Shown here piece by piece: positions 1 to 12,832 of a stretch of 64,000 nt of DNA; positions within the stretch are counted from its first letter, which is position 1; each line of letters opens with the position of its first letter. Location of the stretch: the NCBI RefSeq assembly GCF_009834535.1, contig NC_045696.1:38690001-38754000 (forward strand), read 5' to 3'. This stretch comes from Camelus ferus. Its lineage: Eukaryota. A model generated the notes under the pieces. It was not told the origin of the DNA. It searched no databases and saw only the letters and a list, made by a program, of their open reading frames with translations. A program made the translations under genes and the position numbers.

Positions 1-2598
1 GAACGCTGTCTTTATCTCTTCTTCGTGAAAGTATACATTCATTAATCCTTATTCTGTGTAAGGCACTATGTTGACTTCATGTGATATAGAAAGTTGAATT
101 ATATTCTTTCTGTCCTCAAGAAGCCTATGGTATAGTTGAAATGGGCCAAAAAAAAAAAAAAATCTTCAGAAAATGAACCATTTTTGATAGTTGAAGTTTT
201 CAGACAGAGGTTTGGCCTTTAAAGTGTTATTTTTATAATTTTTAAATATTTTGGAGAGAAACATTTTTCTAATCATGCATCCACAAACTCCTATCTTCTA
301 AATAAAATATATTGGACATAATCTCAGCAGTTTTTAATTGACCTTGGATGATCATGTTAATGTACTGAGTTTTAACATAGTGAGCCCTTCGGTGTGCCTT
401 GAATTTTATAGGGCTATTGATCCTAAATTCCTGGCTCCAGAGTAGTATATATTTTGAAACTTTATGTGAGATTTTCAGTTTTCCTGCTTTTTCTTTCAGT
501 CAGCCTAGCAGTGTGCACTTCCATTCAGCTCCCTCTCTTTAGATATTTCATGCCTGACCTTAACTTTTAATTTACATCTACTCCACTGCTTTGTGAGCTT
601 GGAAATCAATAAACATGTCTGAAGTAAGAGTGTGAGGCACTGCGGCTGTTCTACGAGTAAACCCTGCGTTCTTTAGTACGTGAACACCTGTCAAATGTTC
701 TCTTCAGAGGCTCTTTTTGTCTGTCTTGTTTACCACTGCTCCACTGCATTCCACATAATTGAAGTTGCTATCTAGCCGAATTCAAATACATGTGATAACA
801 TGAGTATCTGAACCAGGAAAATCCCTGTGGGGGTGGGAGAGAATGGGAATGAATCTAAGAAATACTTTGAAATGCAGGGACAAACCACCTGAATTGTGTG
901 AGGGCTTAAGTCCAAGGTTTCAGACTTGGACTCTTCTAAGAATGGTGTACTTACTGAGATGGAATGATTTTACCCTCTAGGGAAATGAGAAAGTCTGAAT
1001 ATTTCAAAATACTATTTTGAAGATAATTATCTGACCACATACTGGGGGATGAGTTAGAAAGAGACACTGTAGAAAGGCAATCTAATAGAAAATTATTAAA
1101 CTAGCCTAATGATGTGAGGCTGGAGCCTTAGAGGTGATACCAGTGGTAATAAAGACAATGGAAGACACAATAAAGATCTGACTCTGGACCTGGAGTTTTA
1201 GGGAAAGGTAAAATAAAAGATGACCTCAGGTTCAAGTCCAGGTGGCCAAGAGTATAAGATTATTTGCAAAGTCACAAGATTATCTTCATCTAGGAGAAGT
1301 ATTTCCTCAGCTTTCATTCCTGTCTCACACTCCTATGTCCACATGACCATACAGTGTTGAGATTTTACAGATTGATGACTCTCCATTGTATACTGCTACA
1401 TGTTTATATATATGCCTCATTTCAGAAGGTCAAACCAATCCTGATTGCAATATATACCCTGAGAGGGGGAATTTTTTTTTCCTGAAAAAAAAAAAAAATG
1501 CTAAGGAGATCCTGAATTGATTACCAGTAAACCCTAAGATTAACTTACTAGGTACTGTCCATCCATTACTTTGTTGAGATTTCTGCTGTGTTTTAAGAAA
1601 TTATTTTGGTGGAGTGATGAGATAATATCATTTGAAATTTTAATAGTTACTCTAAAATTGAGAGTCATAAATAAAACATGTGAATATGAAACAAATGCAT
1701 TCCACCATTTTTCACTGGGCAGCATTTTGAGAAATGCTTTATTAAAAAAAATCATATAACTGCTGTTTCAGTAACTTTAAAAACATGTTCAAACAGAAAA
1801 GAGTTAACTTTAAAAAGCTATTGCATAGAAAATGGCACAAAATACAAATAACAGATTTTACTTTGAAATGTAAATATAAACTAGAATAATCTTGATTACA
1901 CGGAGACAAAATCATATGCCTTCATATAAGAAAATTCTTTGGTTAAAAATAGCCCAATTGCTTTTCCCTCATACTTTCCTAAAGACACGAAATCTATTTT
2001 TTTAAGAATTTGGATTCCAAGTAAAGAACTTCAGTTTTTTTTTCTTTAAATATAAACAACTAAAGCAAACCCTTCTTAATAATGTCATCATGACTTATGC
2101 CAGGCATTGGCTAGGGCTAAGACCTGCTCACCAACAATTTTGCAACTCTTTTTGGAGAATTGCTTCCTCTTAAGGAAGTGTGCTTCTTTCCAAACCATAA
2201 AATGAAATATATCATTTTAATATACTTACCTTTTTCTAAGACTACAGACTCATTCCATAGAGCAAAGAAACATTTCCAATGAGCCAGTCACAAATAAATT
2301 TTACTTCTTACCGTGGATTTACTGTGTTTCTTTTTAGGACAGGTTTGCTCTCTATGGTGTTCTTGTGTGGGTAAATTACAAATATATATACATTTTCTCC
2401 TACAAAGCTAATTACAAATAAACTTCTTCTCAGAGTTGAAAAAAATTAATAGGTGGTACCACAGGCAAGTTTTCACAACAGAGGAGTTTATAGCTATACT
2501 ATATTTTTATGGAATCCATTTGGTAGATAATTTTATGGTTTGTTTGTCTAAGTGTCTGTCAATTAGTCAAGTCTTTGAGGCCTCTAACCAAGAATGGC

Positions 2599-2675
2599 TC
2601 CTCATCCTCCCCTCCTCTCCCCTTCCTTTCCATCCTCCTTCTCCTTCCCCTCCCCTTCCTCTTTCTTCTCCCTCC
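2599..2675. repeat. CT-rich low-complexity polypyrimidine tract
   Basis: Almost pure C/T run (cctcatcctcccctcctctccccttcctttcc...). Confidence 0.8.
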
Positions 2676-2829
2676 AACATGTTATATTTCCAAACTCCCA
2701 CTTTGCTGACTCACTGCCAGATGCTGTTTATTCTCAGAGCACACTGCAGTTTCTCTTTTGTAACAGTTTTTACTCTTGTAATTATTTGTTCATCATTTAT
2801 CTTCCCCACTGAGCCTTAAATCCAGGAGG

Positions 2830-2915
2830 AAAGTCTGTTGTTCACCACTGTATCCCCAGTGTCTGCCTCAGTGCCTGCCGTGTAATAAGTGCTCAATAAA
2901 CATTTGGTGAATGAA
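2830..2915 (+). mobile_element. L2 LINE 3' end fragment
   Basis: ttgttcaccactgtatccccagtg...gtgctcaataaacatttggtgaatgaa is the typical L2 tail. Confidence 0.75.
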
Positions 2916-3275
2916 GTAATAAATTCTCAACCTTGGATTCATATGTCTAAGCTTTATCTGCTCAGCCTAATTAAATGTAAAAGTCTGTACTTTGTAGTAG
3001 TCCCTGCCTTCCCAGAAGCATTATCTCCAAGAATACGGAATTGGATTCTTCTGATTAAGATAGTGTTGGATAGACTTACTTCACATACAAAACGTCTTAC
3101 CTTCAGTGTAAAATTTCTATGTTATCAAGGGGAAGGTGAGGGTATGGATTATCTGGGGTTAATCTGACTTTTTTTTTTATCATAATTATCCAATGTACAT
3201 GAATGCAGTCAATGAATGCATTCAATCCATTCACACAAACAAATATTTATTGAGCTACCACCATATATCAGGCTC

Positions 3276-3612
3276 TGCATTAGTTTCCTAGGGCTAGTAC
3301 AACAAATTACCAAACAAGGTGTCTTAGAACAGAAGCACACTCTCTCCTCAGGCTCTAGAGGAGAATCCTTTCTTGCCTCTTCCATCGTCTGATGGCACCA
3401 GGCCTTCCTTGGCTTATGGCTACATAACTCCATTCTTCATCTGTCTTCACATGGCCTTGTCCTCTTTCTCTTCTCCTGTCTCTTATAAGGACTCTGGTCA
3501 TCGCTTTGGGCCCACCTGGTTGATCCAGATTGATTGAGGTCCTTAATTATACCTACAAATTCCTTTTTTTGGGTGGAGGAGGGAGGGGATGTCATCATTC
3601 GACACACTGTAC
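3276..3612 (-). mobile_element. MaLR solo LTR (MLT1-type) interrupting an antisense L2 fragment (~3215-3275 and ~3613-3990)
   Basis: Starts tgcattagtttcctagggct...acaaattacca; contains ctctagaggagaatcc and tcttataaggac. The flanks read as the reverse-strand L2 tail (cattca...atatttattgagc). Confidence 0.75.
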
Positions 3613-4284
3613 GTACTATGTTGAATACAGTCCCCGCCCTCATGGAATTTGCAATCTAATTAAAAGACAGAGTACTTTTTTTTTTTAAGAAATTTCAATA
3701 AAACATGATAGAAATATGTGGGTAAAAGTAGTACAAGGGTCTATGGGAACATGTGTCTGGGGACCTAACGAAATCTAAACAACCGGAAAATGACGTGATG
3801 CTTAGGTAGGAGGACTGACTAGGAATTGACCGTGAGAGAAAGTTAGGTGCATTGAAGGAACTAGGAAAAATGTAGCATAGAGAATGATAAGAGAAGAATC
3901 TGGAGATGTATGCTGGAGCCATTTCTAGAGTCTTGTTAACAAAGTTAAGGGCTTTGGACTCTCTCCTGAGATAAAGTCGGAGCCCTGTAACTGACCAACA
4001 TGAATACAATCAAAAGGCCAAAATTCTCTCTGTCAGGACCAAAAGCCTCTGCACAGACCCTGAATTTTCCTCTTATTTCTTTATGGCAAACCTTGTTCTT
4101 CCCAGTGTTTGATTGCTGAATGAATAAGCCAATATCATAGTAAAACTGCTCTGAAAGGTTGTGCTAAGGATATTTAGTTCAACTTTCTCATTTTACACAC
4201 ATGAAACAAAGGTCAAGCAAGGCTATGATTGTTCTAGAACACACAAAACAGCCCCTGGCCAGTTATGATGTTAGTGAAGAGGGT

Positions 4285-4505
4285 GCAAGATAGTGACAAA
4301 AGTATGGGCTTAGAGCCTGACAAATCAGGGCTGAGTGGCCAGTTTTCTTGTGTACAAGACGTGTGACCTCAGACAAGTAACACAACCACTTAAACTAGGA
4401 ATAATGATAGTACCTACCTATTAAGATTGTTGTGCAGATAAATTTGATAATGACTTTGAAGCACTAAGCATAATTCTAGGGGTAGTTTACTATTAAATAC
4501 ATAGT
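4285..4505 (+). mobile_element. MIR SINE
   Basis: tgtgacctcagacaagtaa...aataatgatagtacctacctattaagattgttgtgcagataaat is MIR core-like. Confidence 0.7.
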
Positions 4506-4636
4506 GGCTTTTGTTGATGAGGATGAAGAGATTCACAATATTTACATAATCATCCCAGCCCCATCATCCATAGAATTTTACTCCTAGTGTAACAGTGCAT
4601 CACATTTTATACTCTTATTTTCAAATGACTTATTGC

Positions 4637-4692
4637 ATATATATATATATATATATACATACATACATACACACACACACATATATATATAT
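4637..4692. repeat. Compound microsatellite (TA)n(TACA)n(CA)n(TA)n
   Basis: Seen directly in the sequence. Confidence 0.95.
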
Positions 4693-6427
4693 AATTCTCA
4701 ACAGAAGAGTATTTAGAATTCCTAGTACAGAGGTTTAAGAAACAATTATGCAAAATAGGCATTTTTCAAAATGTCACAACTTAATATTGTTATCCAATTA
4801 AAATTTTAATTGAAGCAAAGTTCATAAGCATGTAATCACACGAGCGAAAAAGAAGATGTATTAGTAGAGCTGGCAGTTTACTAGGCAATTATTTAAGTTA
4901 AACAACACAATTTTCTATAACAAAGTAATCTGATTTTCCAAAGGCACCCAATTACATAATCTTCTCCATCTGAGCTTTGAATACATGGTCTCAATAAATC
5001 ACTTGCTACCTGGCTACTGTGAAAATAACATGCTCTAGGTTTAAAACTCTTGAACTATATTATATATTTTATAAATGTAACAATTGGTAAGTAAATAATG
5101 TTTTCTTTTTAAATGCCGCCTTCTTTAAATTCAAAAAGTTAATGTTGTTTCCTATAACATGTATTCCTTAAAATTTGCTATTCAATAATTTTCAATGAGA
5201 AAATGTGACATTTTAGAGCACACATTAATTCCCATGATATCAGTGCTATTTGGAAGATTAGGAAATCCAGTGCGGGCCAAATAAAAAATCTTCAGTACAT
5301 TATTTATTGGGTAAAATGTAACTATTTATCTTGTCTCTGCACAGATTATGAGCTACAACTCAACACTGAAATAGATTGCCTGAAATACCTTGATTTAATC
5401 AGAGTGACCAAAATCTAATTTCAATGTTTAGTAAATTTCTTACTAAAAACTGGACATAAGTGACTTATTTTTATTTACATTTAGATTTCCTAAAAAGCCT
5501 CTTAAATGCTGTAACTTGTTTCTTACTGACTCAACAATAGTGTTTAAGGTTTAGACATTCTCTAGTAGATATGTCATTTTTATGAGAAAGTTATTACTCT
5601 GTATATTAATTTGCACATAGTATACTACATACTTGATTCCCAGAAAAAGAGCTACTTCTGTGGAAGCCTGAAAGTATTCAGGTATAATAAATTTAAATTA
5701 TTATGGTAGAGAATTAAGTGGTTTGCTTTTCAGTTATATTCTTTCTTTGATTCAGTTTGCTACTTACAAGTGATTAGATTAATGTTTTGATAGTAATCAA
5801 AATAGAAGTCAAGCTTTATTCAGGTTAAGGGATAGTGGAGGTACTGATTAATTTAATAGTTTGTAATATTGATAATTAACTGAATTATTATAGTGAGTTA
5901 TAGCATTGGAAGGAGAAATGAAATAAAAATCTAAAGCCTGGTTTCTGGTGATGGTCATGTGTAAGCTGGGTCAAGTTCTTTAACTTCTCTGGGCTTCAGT
6001 TTCCTTAACTCTATTATTAGGCAATCGTCCATATCCCATCCCATAAAAGTATATCTCATGAAAACTTCAGTAATACAGAGAACAAAAAGTATTAATGAAT
6101 TAAATAAGCTAAGATATTTTTAGAAGATTCCTGGCCGGTTAGTGAAACATGCAGCAAGCACATGTTTTGATAGTTTTGTCAGTGAGAGAAGTAATATGCT
6201 ATTACCAACCATAGTCGGTACTTTTCTTCAAACAAGGAAGGTTTTAAATGTCAGTTTTTAAATGATTGCCAGTCAAACATCTAAGCACCTACTGTGTACA
6301 ACCTTGTGCTGCAGAGGGTGAATTCATAACTGACGTTTGAATTAAGCTCTATGAAGTTTAAAGAAGTTCATTCTTAAAACAAATTATGCAGTAATTTTCC
6401 ACTTTGTGAATACAGGCATCAAAACTA

Positions 6428-6880
6428 TGTGTAAAGCCTGGCTCACTGGCATATGATCAGGACACTCAGGACAGCTGTTCTCTTGCTCTCTGGACATCCC
6501 CTGCTCAACCAGTCCCTGCTTTCCCTACACCCTACTTATGTGACTACCCAATCCTCTTTATTATTGGGCTTAATCAGTAACTGCCCATGTGCTTGCCCCT
6601 GCCCCAGCTGCTGGTTTCCCTGGTAACTGATGAGCCAACCTGCCATCAATTCCCCCTATAAATGGTAACCACACCCCACCCCCACCTCCTGGCCTTGCAG
6701 TGAAGGCTGCTGCATCCTGCCTGCTGTCTGCCTTACGGGGTGGCGTGTCACTCCAGGACTGCTTCAGATTTGTAAGATTCCCTAACAATAGACTATTGAT
6801 GTCTCTGTCCCCTGACTCTTTCTTTGGTCTCTCAGTTGGGCAATTACAAGGTTAGCAGGCTTACAGTGTTCGGCCCAACA
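6428..6880 (+). mobile_element. Solo LTR-like element, sense to EPHA6, family not assigned
   Basis: GC-richer island with TG...AACA ends. TATAAA at 6657-6662 and degenerate polyA signal AATAGA at 6787-6792. Followed by gtTGG, which resembles a PBS start. No clean TSD. Confidence 0.7.
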
Positions 6881-7239
6881 GTTGGCAAAACCATTTAAGG
6901 AAATAATTCAGCAACTATATAAACAAATTCCTTTAGTCCATCTGCCAATCTAAGTTTGCAAAACATACCTAATCTTAAAACGAAGGATACTAAGAATCCA
7001 TCTACTTTCTTGGTATTTTTGTGAAAAAAGAAAAAAAAAAAGGAAAGGTTATGCTGTGGGTTATGACCTCAATCTTCAGCCCTCATTTTGGGTTTGCATC
7101 TTAAGACAGCAGATAAAGGGCATATATGGTGGGGGTTTTGGAATCCATTACCATGCTTTCAAGCATGTACTAAGTTGTAAAATAACTGTGGTGGTGAAAT
7201 ATCACCCAGGGAAATGCGCGTGTTGTTTCTGTGTTTCAG

Positions 7240-7348
7240 CTTCGGACATGGCGGCAGAACAGGGGCAGATACTCGTGATAGCCACCGCGGCTGTGGGAGG
7301 ATTCACTCTCCTCGTCATTCTCACTTTGTTCTTCCTAATCACTGGGAG
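7240..7348 (+). CDS. EPHA6: EPHA6 internal exon encoding the transmembrane helix: (A)SDMAAEQGQILVIATAAVGGFTLLVILTLFFLITG(R). 109 nt, phase 1 to phase 2.
   Basis: Acceptor tgttgtttctgtgtttcag|CT and donor GGGAG|gtaacg. Encodes a long hydrophobic segment. The peptide matches my recollection of the EphA6 TM region and splices in frame to the next exon. Confidence 0.95.
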
Positions 7349-10300
7349 GTAACGGAAGCACACCAGATCATTTCTAAGATTTGTGAATAGCCATTCTTTT
7401 TATATACACTGTGTATTCAAGGGCTTTTAAACTTAACAAAGTGTACCTGTGGGAAAAAAAAGGATCAGGGCAGATTCCTCTCTGACAGTGAACTTTATGT
7501 GGCAACAGAACCACTATGGCTGGTTCTCTGTGTTAGCAGGTCCCTGAATATGGAAGCAACCAGAGACTTGATAAAAACACTTTGAAAATGATGAATGATA
7601 AAATCCTACGTACTAAGTTACTTCTGAATTTTTTCTTTGCTACAGTCACATTCTCTCACAAAGGGAATTTTGCTTGGAAAAAAGTATTTCAACAGAGATA
7701 CTGAACAATTTATATTAAAGTGTTTTATAAATACAGTGTTATAGAAATGTTTTATTTTAGCCATTAAATATTGAAAGTATCTATATTACAATTGTATTAT
7801 TGGTTTTATAAATCAAGTTACTTCTCCACTTAAGAGTAATATGGATAAAAATTTAAAATACCAATAAATTAACTGAGCAAAAGACTTCAGTTTGAATCCC
7901 GACCAGCTGGTGAAAGTGCTTTGTCCCTCTAAACCTTAGATTTTTATTTTTACACAGTTTGGTGTGACAACGCGTTAAAATATTTATTGACTTTTAAGTA
8001 TATTAGACTATTACCATGAGCCAGCTGTGACAATACAGAGATATGAATGAAGAAAGTGTGTATGAAATTATTTAAAAGAATTAGTTTTATTTTTTATTTA
8101 GCCCTTGTTATTTGGCCCAGACTTTTGTCAGAAATTGTGAAATCTTCATATTCTCAATGCTGTAAGGGGAAAACATTCCATTTAGATGATCAACAGTGGC
8201 ACAAAATATCTTGAGAGTTTCCTTGATAATCTGAAACACACATACTGCAAAAAATATCAGTATCATGATTTAAAACTGTGGTAACAGTGCCAGCCAAATA
8301 GTACACATCCTAATTGACTCTAGTACACCCTGATATTTGGTAATTACCAGAAATAACATATAGCTACCTCAGGGCCAATAGTTCAATGAACTATGAACAC
8401 CCTTTGTTTTATTCATTTTTTGAATTCTTACATACCAATATTTTATTAAAATTTATTACAAAATTATAGAAGTTATGCATATATGGAAAAATATTATCTG
8501 AAGTGTTGACAGCAGACTAAAAGTATAGACCAATAAATTGATAAATACTTAGAAAGGCACTTATCCAGTGTTGGTCCCTGAGGAAATTTAACTGTTACCT
8601 ACCTGTTAAAAGTATCAGATTTAGTTGTAACAAATCCACTTTTACAAGATTTATCAAGGAACAAAGAAATACATGAATATTCTAATGTGGTTACATTGAA
8701 ATGGTGACTTCCTCATGAAATCAGTTGTAAAAGGGGCACATTTACCCCTATGTTTACTTAAAATTTTCAAGTGTATAAATAGACAGTATTACTCTTTCAA
8801 TTAATGGAGAGTGTCTGAGTCTCCTGCTTTAGGAGGCTGATTAGCTGATAGAAGAATGCTAGCTATACTAAGAAAAAAAAATTGATAAAGAATGCAGGAA
8901 ATAATGTTGAAGTCTTCCTGTTGGTTGGGCCTGTTGTGGTACCACAATCAGATACTGCTGCTCAGCACTCTCCTGTTCCTCTCCTTGAACCTAGACCTAA
9001 CCTCTCTCTGACAGCTCTTAGCCATCATTACAGCTTTGATACTACCATCTTTTCCAGTGGACAGGAAACAAATTTTGAAGTCTCTAAACTAACCCACAAT
9101 TAGTTTGAAAACACCATATTCAATACCATAGCCTACAAATACCAGATATGACCTATAAAAACCTTAATCACTAACAGGGGACAGCTTATAAAATAAACAA
9201 GCAAAAGTACTGGTGGAAGAATAAGCTTCTTTGCTTAAAAAAAAAAAAAAGCTGAAGTTCTGATTCTATCTAGAACTCCCTTGCAAGCAGACGGGACTAA
9301 AAGACAGTAATGGCTAGGAAAGGAAAAAAGAAGAAAATTTCACTGAGAGAATTAAAGATCTAAGTCTGGTAAAAGGAAGGAAAGAAGAGAATAAAAGAAT
9401 TTTGGTGCATGTGAAGTCACAATGACAATTTGGACAGGTAAAAAAAATTAAAATACCAACACTTTATGGGTTGCAATAAGTTTAGTCGACCATTATAAAA
9501 ATGTTATGGAGAAAAACTGTATTTTCATTGCCATTTATAACATGGGTACTGCCCATGCAGTGTGAATTTGGGGACATTGATATCTTGATAATACTATGCT
9601 TTGCATGGATAAAGACAATCAGTTTGGAGCCCAGAAAGTTTGTTTAATTATTTAAGTATGATAAGGTCCTATAAGGTGATCTTAACTCCAAAGACACAAA
9701 TTATGTCATGTTAACTAGGCTGTGATAATTTAGATGTGATGATTAATTTCATTCGGAAAGATTCTTATTTTCTTATTTGAAAGTTTCTTTGAAGAAGTTT
9801 GGAGAATTTTCTTAAGTATGATTTCATTTAAACAGCAGTGTAATATTTATCAACAATTTTAAAAAGAGCCTCTAAATACATAATGGAAATTGATTCAAAT
9901 GATATTTTATTCAATAATGATTCAATGCATAGCAAAATTGGATGTAACTTTTGAGTTATATTTTATGTATCTGTAGAACATGAGTTAAGGCCTTATTTCC
10001 TCAGAGTATTTCAGTGAACAGTGATTTAAATAGGACATACATATGTGGAAAAGCATTTCATTAAAATATCAGAAAATATTGCCTTAACACATAAATCTGA
10101 CAAACTTAAAAGAAGATCTTATAGTCATTGTAGGCTAAATAAGATTGGCCTAATAAACTTGAGAGAGAGGCTCATCTGTTATCTTTATTTGGGATTCCTG
10201 AAACAGAATTTGAATACCACTTAAAAAGAGAGTTTAATAATGATGAAAAAATTATACTAGATTATTTTCAGCTTTGAATTTCTATGTTTGCCAATTTATA

Positions 10301-11050
10301 TGACATCAGAAACTGCTTTAACTGGAGAAAACAATTTCAATTACATAAGTTAAAAAAATTGATTTTGAAGCACCTCTTAAGCACTTTGCTAGGGGAGCAT
10401 TCATTGGAAATTATGTCATAGGACTTGAGGCCAAATTCACATTGAAAGATTGGATTGTGCACCACAGATGTATTCCATTTAATCATTTGGAGTTAGCAGT
10501 TTGATGAACTATCAAATCATATGGATATTAGTGAATTTTTCATGTCAAAGAAGTCTTAGGAGATAAGCACCTACCTCTGTTCTTCAAAGCACGATTTTTC
10601 CAAGAGAGAACAGAACATACCTCTACTACATCTCTGATATTAAAAACAAACAAAAACAACATGCTGTTTAGCACTGAAACTGGAAGAGAGTTGTCTAAAT
10701 TTCTGAGATTCTGAATCAAAAATAATTTTTCCATTTTGACTTTTAATGCTTTTCATTGACTAGCTATTAGAAGCCAATAAGGAAGAACTTGATGGTTATT
10801 GCTGGTTATTAAATATTTTCTAAGATTCCTATCATTTGGATCAATAAGTCCACTTGGGAGTATTTTACTCTTATGTGGGGCTAATTTTGATATAAAAATA
10901 AAACCTTCTGTGGAGTATTTTCACATGTTACAAGGGTGTTCTTAAAAGTGGTCTTTATGATAAGAGCTTTGCCCATGGGTGAAATGCATTTTAATTGGTT
11001 TCGGTTGGTATCCAGCATAATTCTTAAGAGTCTGTTTACCTTTCTTAAAG

Positions 11051-11121
11051 GTGTCAATGGTACATAAAAGCCAAAATGAAGTCAGAGGAGAAGAGAAGAA
11101 AGGACTTGCAGAATGGGCATT
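11051..11121 (+). CDS. EPHA6: EPHA6 internal exon, juxtamembrane stop-transfer segment: (R)CQWYIKAKMKSEEKRRKDLQNGH(L). 71 nt, phase 2 to phase 1.
   Basis: Too short for the ORF track; found by reading. Acceptor cctttcttaaag|G and donor CATT|gtaagt. AG+G = Arg at the upstream junction and T+TA = Leu at the downstream junction, so the frame is kept. Confidence 0.93.
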
Positions 11122-11959
11122 GTAAGTAGTTCAGTGACTCATCCATTTTTTTCTATTGTTTCAGCACTTAAAGAATTAGTTTTAAACTTCTATCCATTGA
11201 GTTGAGAAAACCAAAGAAATACACTTCCAACCTTTCAGCACTAAGACTTTTCATCTGGTTTCTAGGTTTGTTAATGGAAGTTGCACCTGCTTCTCATTAA
11301 ATGATTCTACCTTTTTCCTAATTCTGCTTTCTGGAAAACAACAGAATGAATATGCTAAAAATACAAGATGATTGATGATAATCTAATTATTTACCACTCA
11401 CAGTGGCTCCAAAACGTTAGTTAGTTTTATTTAGTGGAGCATTAGCCATAGAAATATTAAGGAATTCTTATTCTTTCTTGTAGGGACTGTCATTTAACAT
11501 ATAACAAATCAATTTACAATTCAGTAACACTAAAAAAGAAAATCAGCTCCTTAACTTGTAGAATATGTATGAAATCCTTGAGCTGACTACAAGGTTATAC
11601 TCATTTGAAGGATCTCTTCCCAAGCAAGCTGTAATTACCAGTATAGTTGGTTTGATAATTGCCACCTTCTTCTCCCCAACGCCCACCTCCACCTCCACCT
11701 CCAAATTGCAGACTGCTTTGTCAAGACAGTTTCTCAGTCATGAGACGCTGAATTAACAAGAAAGGGATGTTCTCTAATTAACCACAGTATAGAGATAATA
11801 CGTGAGGCAAGTTGTTTAACTATTTAAACTCTTCTTCCATTTCAAATTAAGCTGAAGTAATAAGGGGCTTTTCAATCTATATAACCCCCCAGGGGACAGA
11901 AAGGATTTCGGTGAGGAAATTATAAACCAGAGTGCTGCTTTAGGGCTATTTCTAAAGGT

Positions 11960-12114
11960 CATGTGGTTTCTCAAAGAGAGGTCTAAGGACCATCTGCATT
12001 AGAATGTTCCATCCTTACTCAGACTCAGAAGGTCCAGGGCAGGGCTAAGCACAAATGCATTTTAGCAAGCTCTCCCAGGTTGTTCTTTTGCACAAAGAAT
12101 TTGAGAAACTACCC
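11960..12114. mobile_element. MER5A-like hAT-Charlie MITE
   Basis: Inverted termini gtggtttctcaaa (11963-11975) and tttgagaaactac (12100-12112). Internal tgcattttagcaagctctcccaggt. Confidence 0.75.
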
Positions 12115-12517
12115 TAGCTGGGAAGGGAGAGCTGAGGCAGCTGATACTAGACTGAAAATAATGTAGACAGATGCAGAAACCTGGATCCAGACACCTGGAC
12201 CAATGACTTATGCTGAGCAACCTTAAGATTCGCTGCAGGACTTTTAGTACTGAAATGCAAAAGAAAAAGATGCTCCTGAGGTATTTATTAATCTGTTTTC
12301 TAACCAGCAGTTTAGCATAAACTAAACCAGATGGGCCCAGCAAGAAACAATGAAAATAACCTGAGGCAGACAAGGAAGTAGAAGAAAGGTAATAGATGTT
12401 TAAGGAAACAAGAGTACATTAAATAAGTAACCAGATATTCAAAACTGGAACTAAGTTTGGTGTTTTTTTCTTCCCTATACTATATATACTGTATTTACAA
12501 GAAAAATAGAGTGATGC

Positions 12518-12832
12518 TGTTGCCAAGTCCAAATTCGTTCTGCTCACTGCATGACAGGCCAGTAAATCCAGAGATGAGGTATTGGGGCAAGGAATAGCGA
12601 CTTTATTCAGAAAGCCGGCAGACGGAGAGGATGGCAGACTAATATCGTGGAGAACCATCCTGCTCTAGTCAGAATACAGGCTCCTTTTATACAAAAAAAA
12701 CAAGGGAAGGGGTGTGGTTGATTGTTGCAATATTCTTGCTGCAGGCATTCTTTGTTCTTGCAGCCATCCCCATGGGCCAGGTCATGGTGTCCCTGTAAAC
12801 CTCCAACAAAACAAAGGTTATTCTCTACTACA
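12518..12832 (-). mobile_element. ERV1-class solo LTR, 315 bp
   Basis: TGT...ACA termini and a perfect 4-bp TSD ATGC (12514-12517 / 12833-12836). Minus-strand AATAAA (tttatt ~12602) and TATAAAA (ttttata ~12685). Confidence 0.85.

Noticed and set aside
1360..1435. Possible small exon (ttttacag|ATTGATGACTCTCC...GAAG|gtcaaa)
   Set aside because: Poor pyrimidine tract, weak donor and no other support.
2436..2819. 127-aa Pro/Ser-rich ORF
   Set aside because: Stays open because of the CT low-complexity tract; TTG start and no domain.
7056..7239. 61 open codons upstream of the TM exon in ORF 7056-7352
   Set aside because: The real acceptor is at 7239. The upstream part starts at GTG, has no similarity to an FN3 domain and includes the pyrimidine tract, so it is a chance extension.
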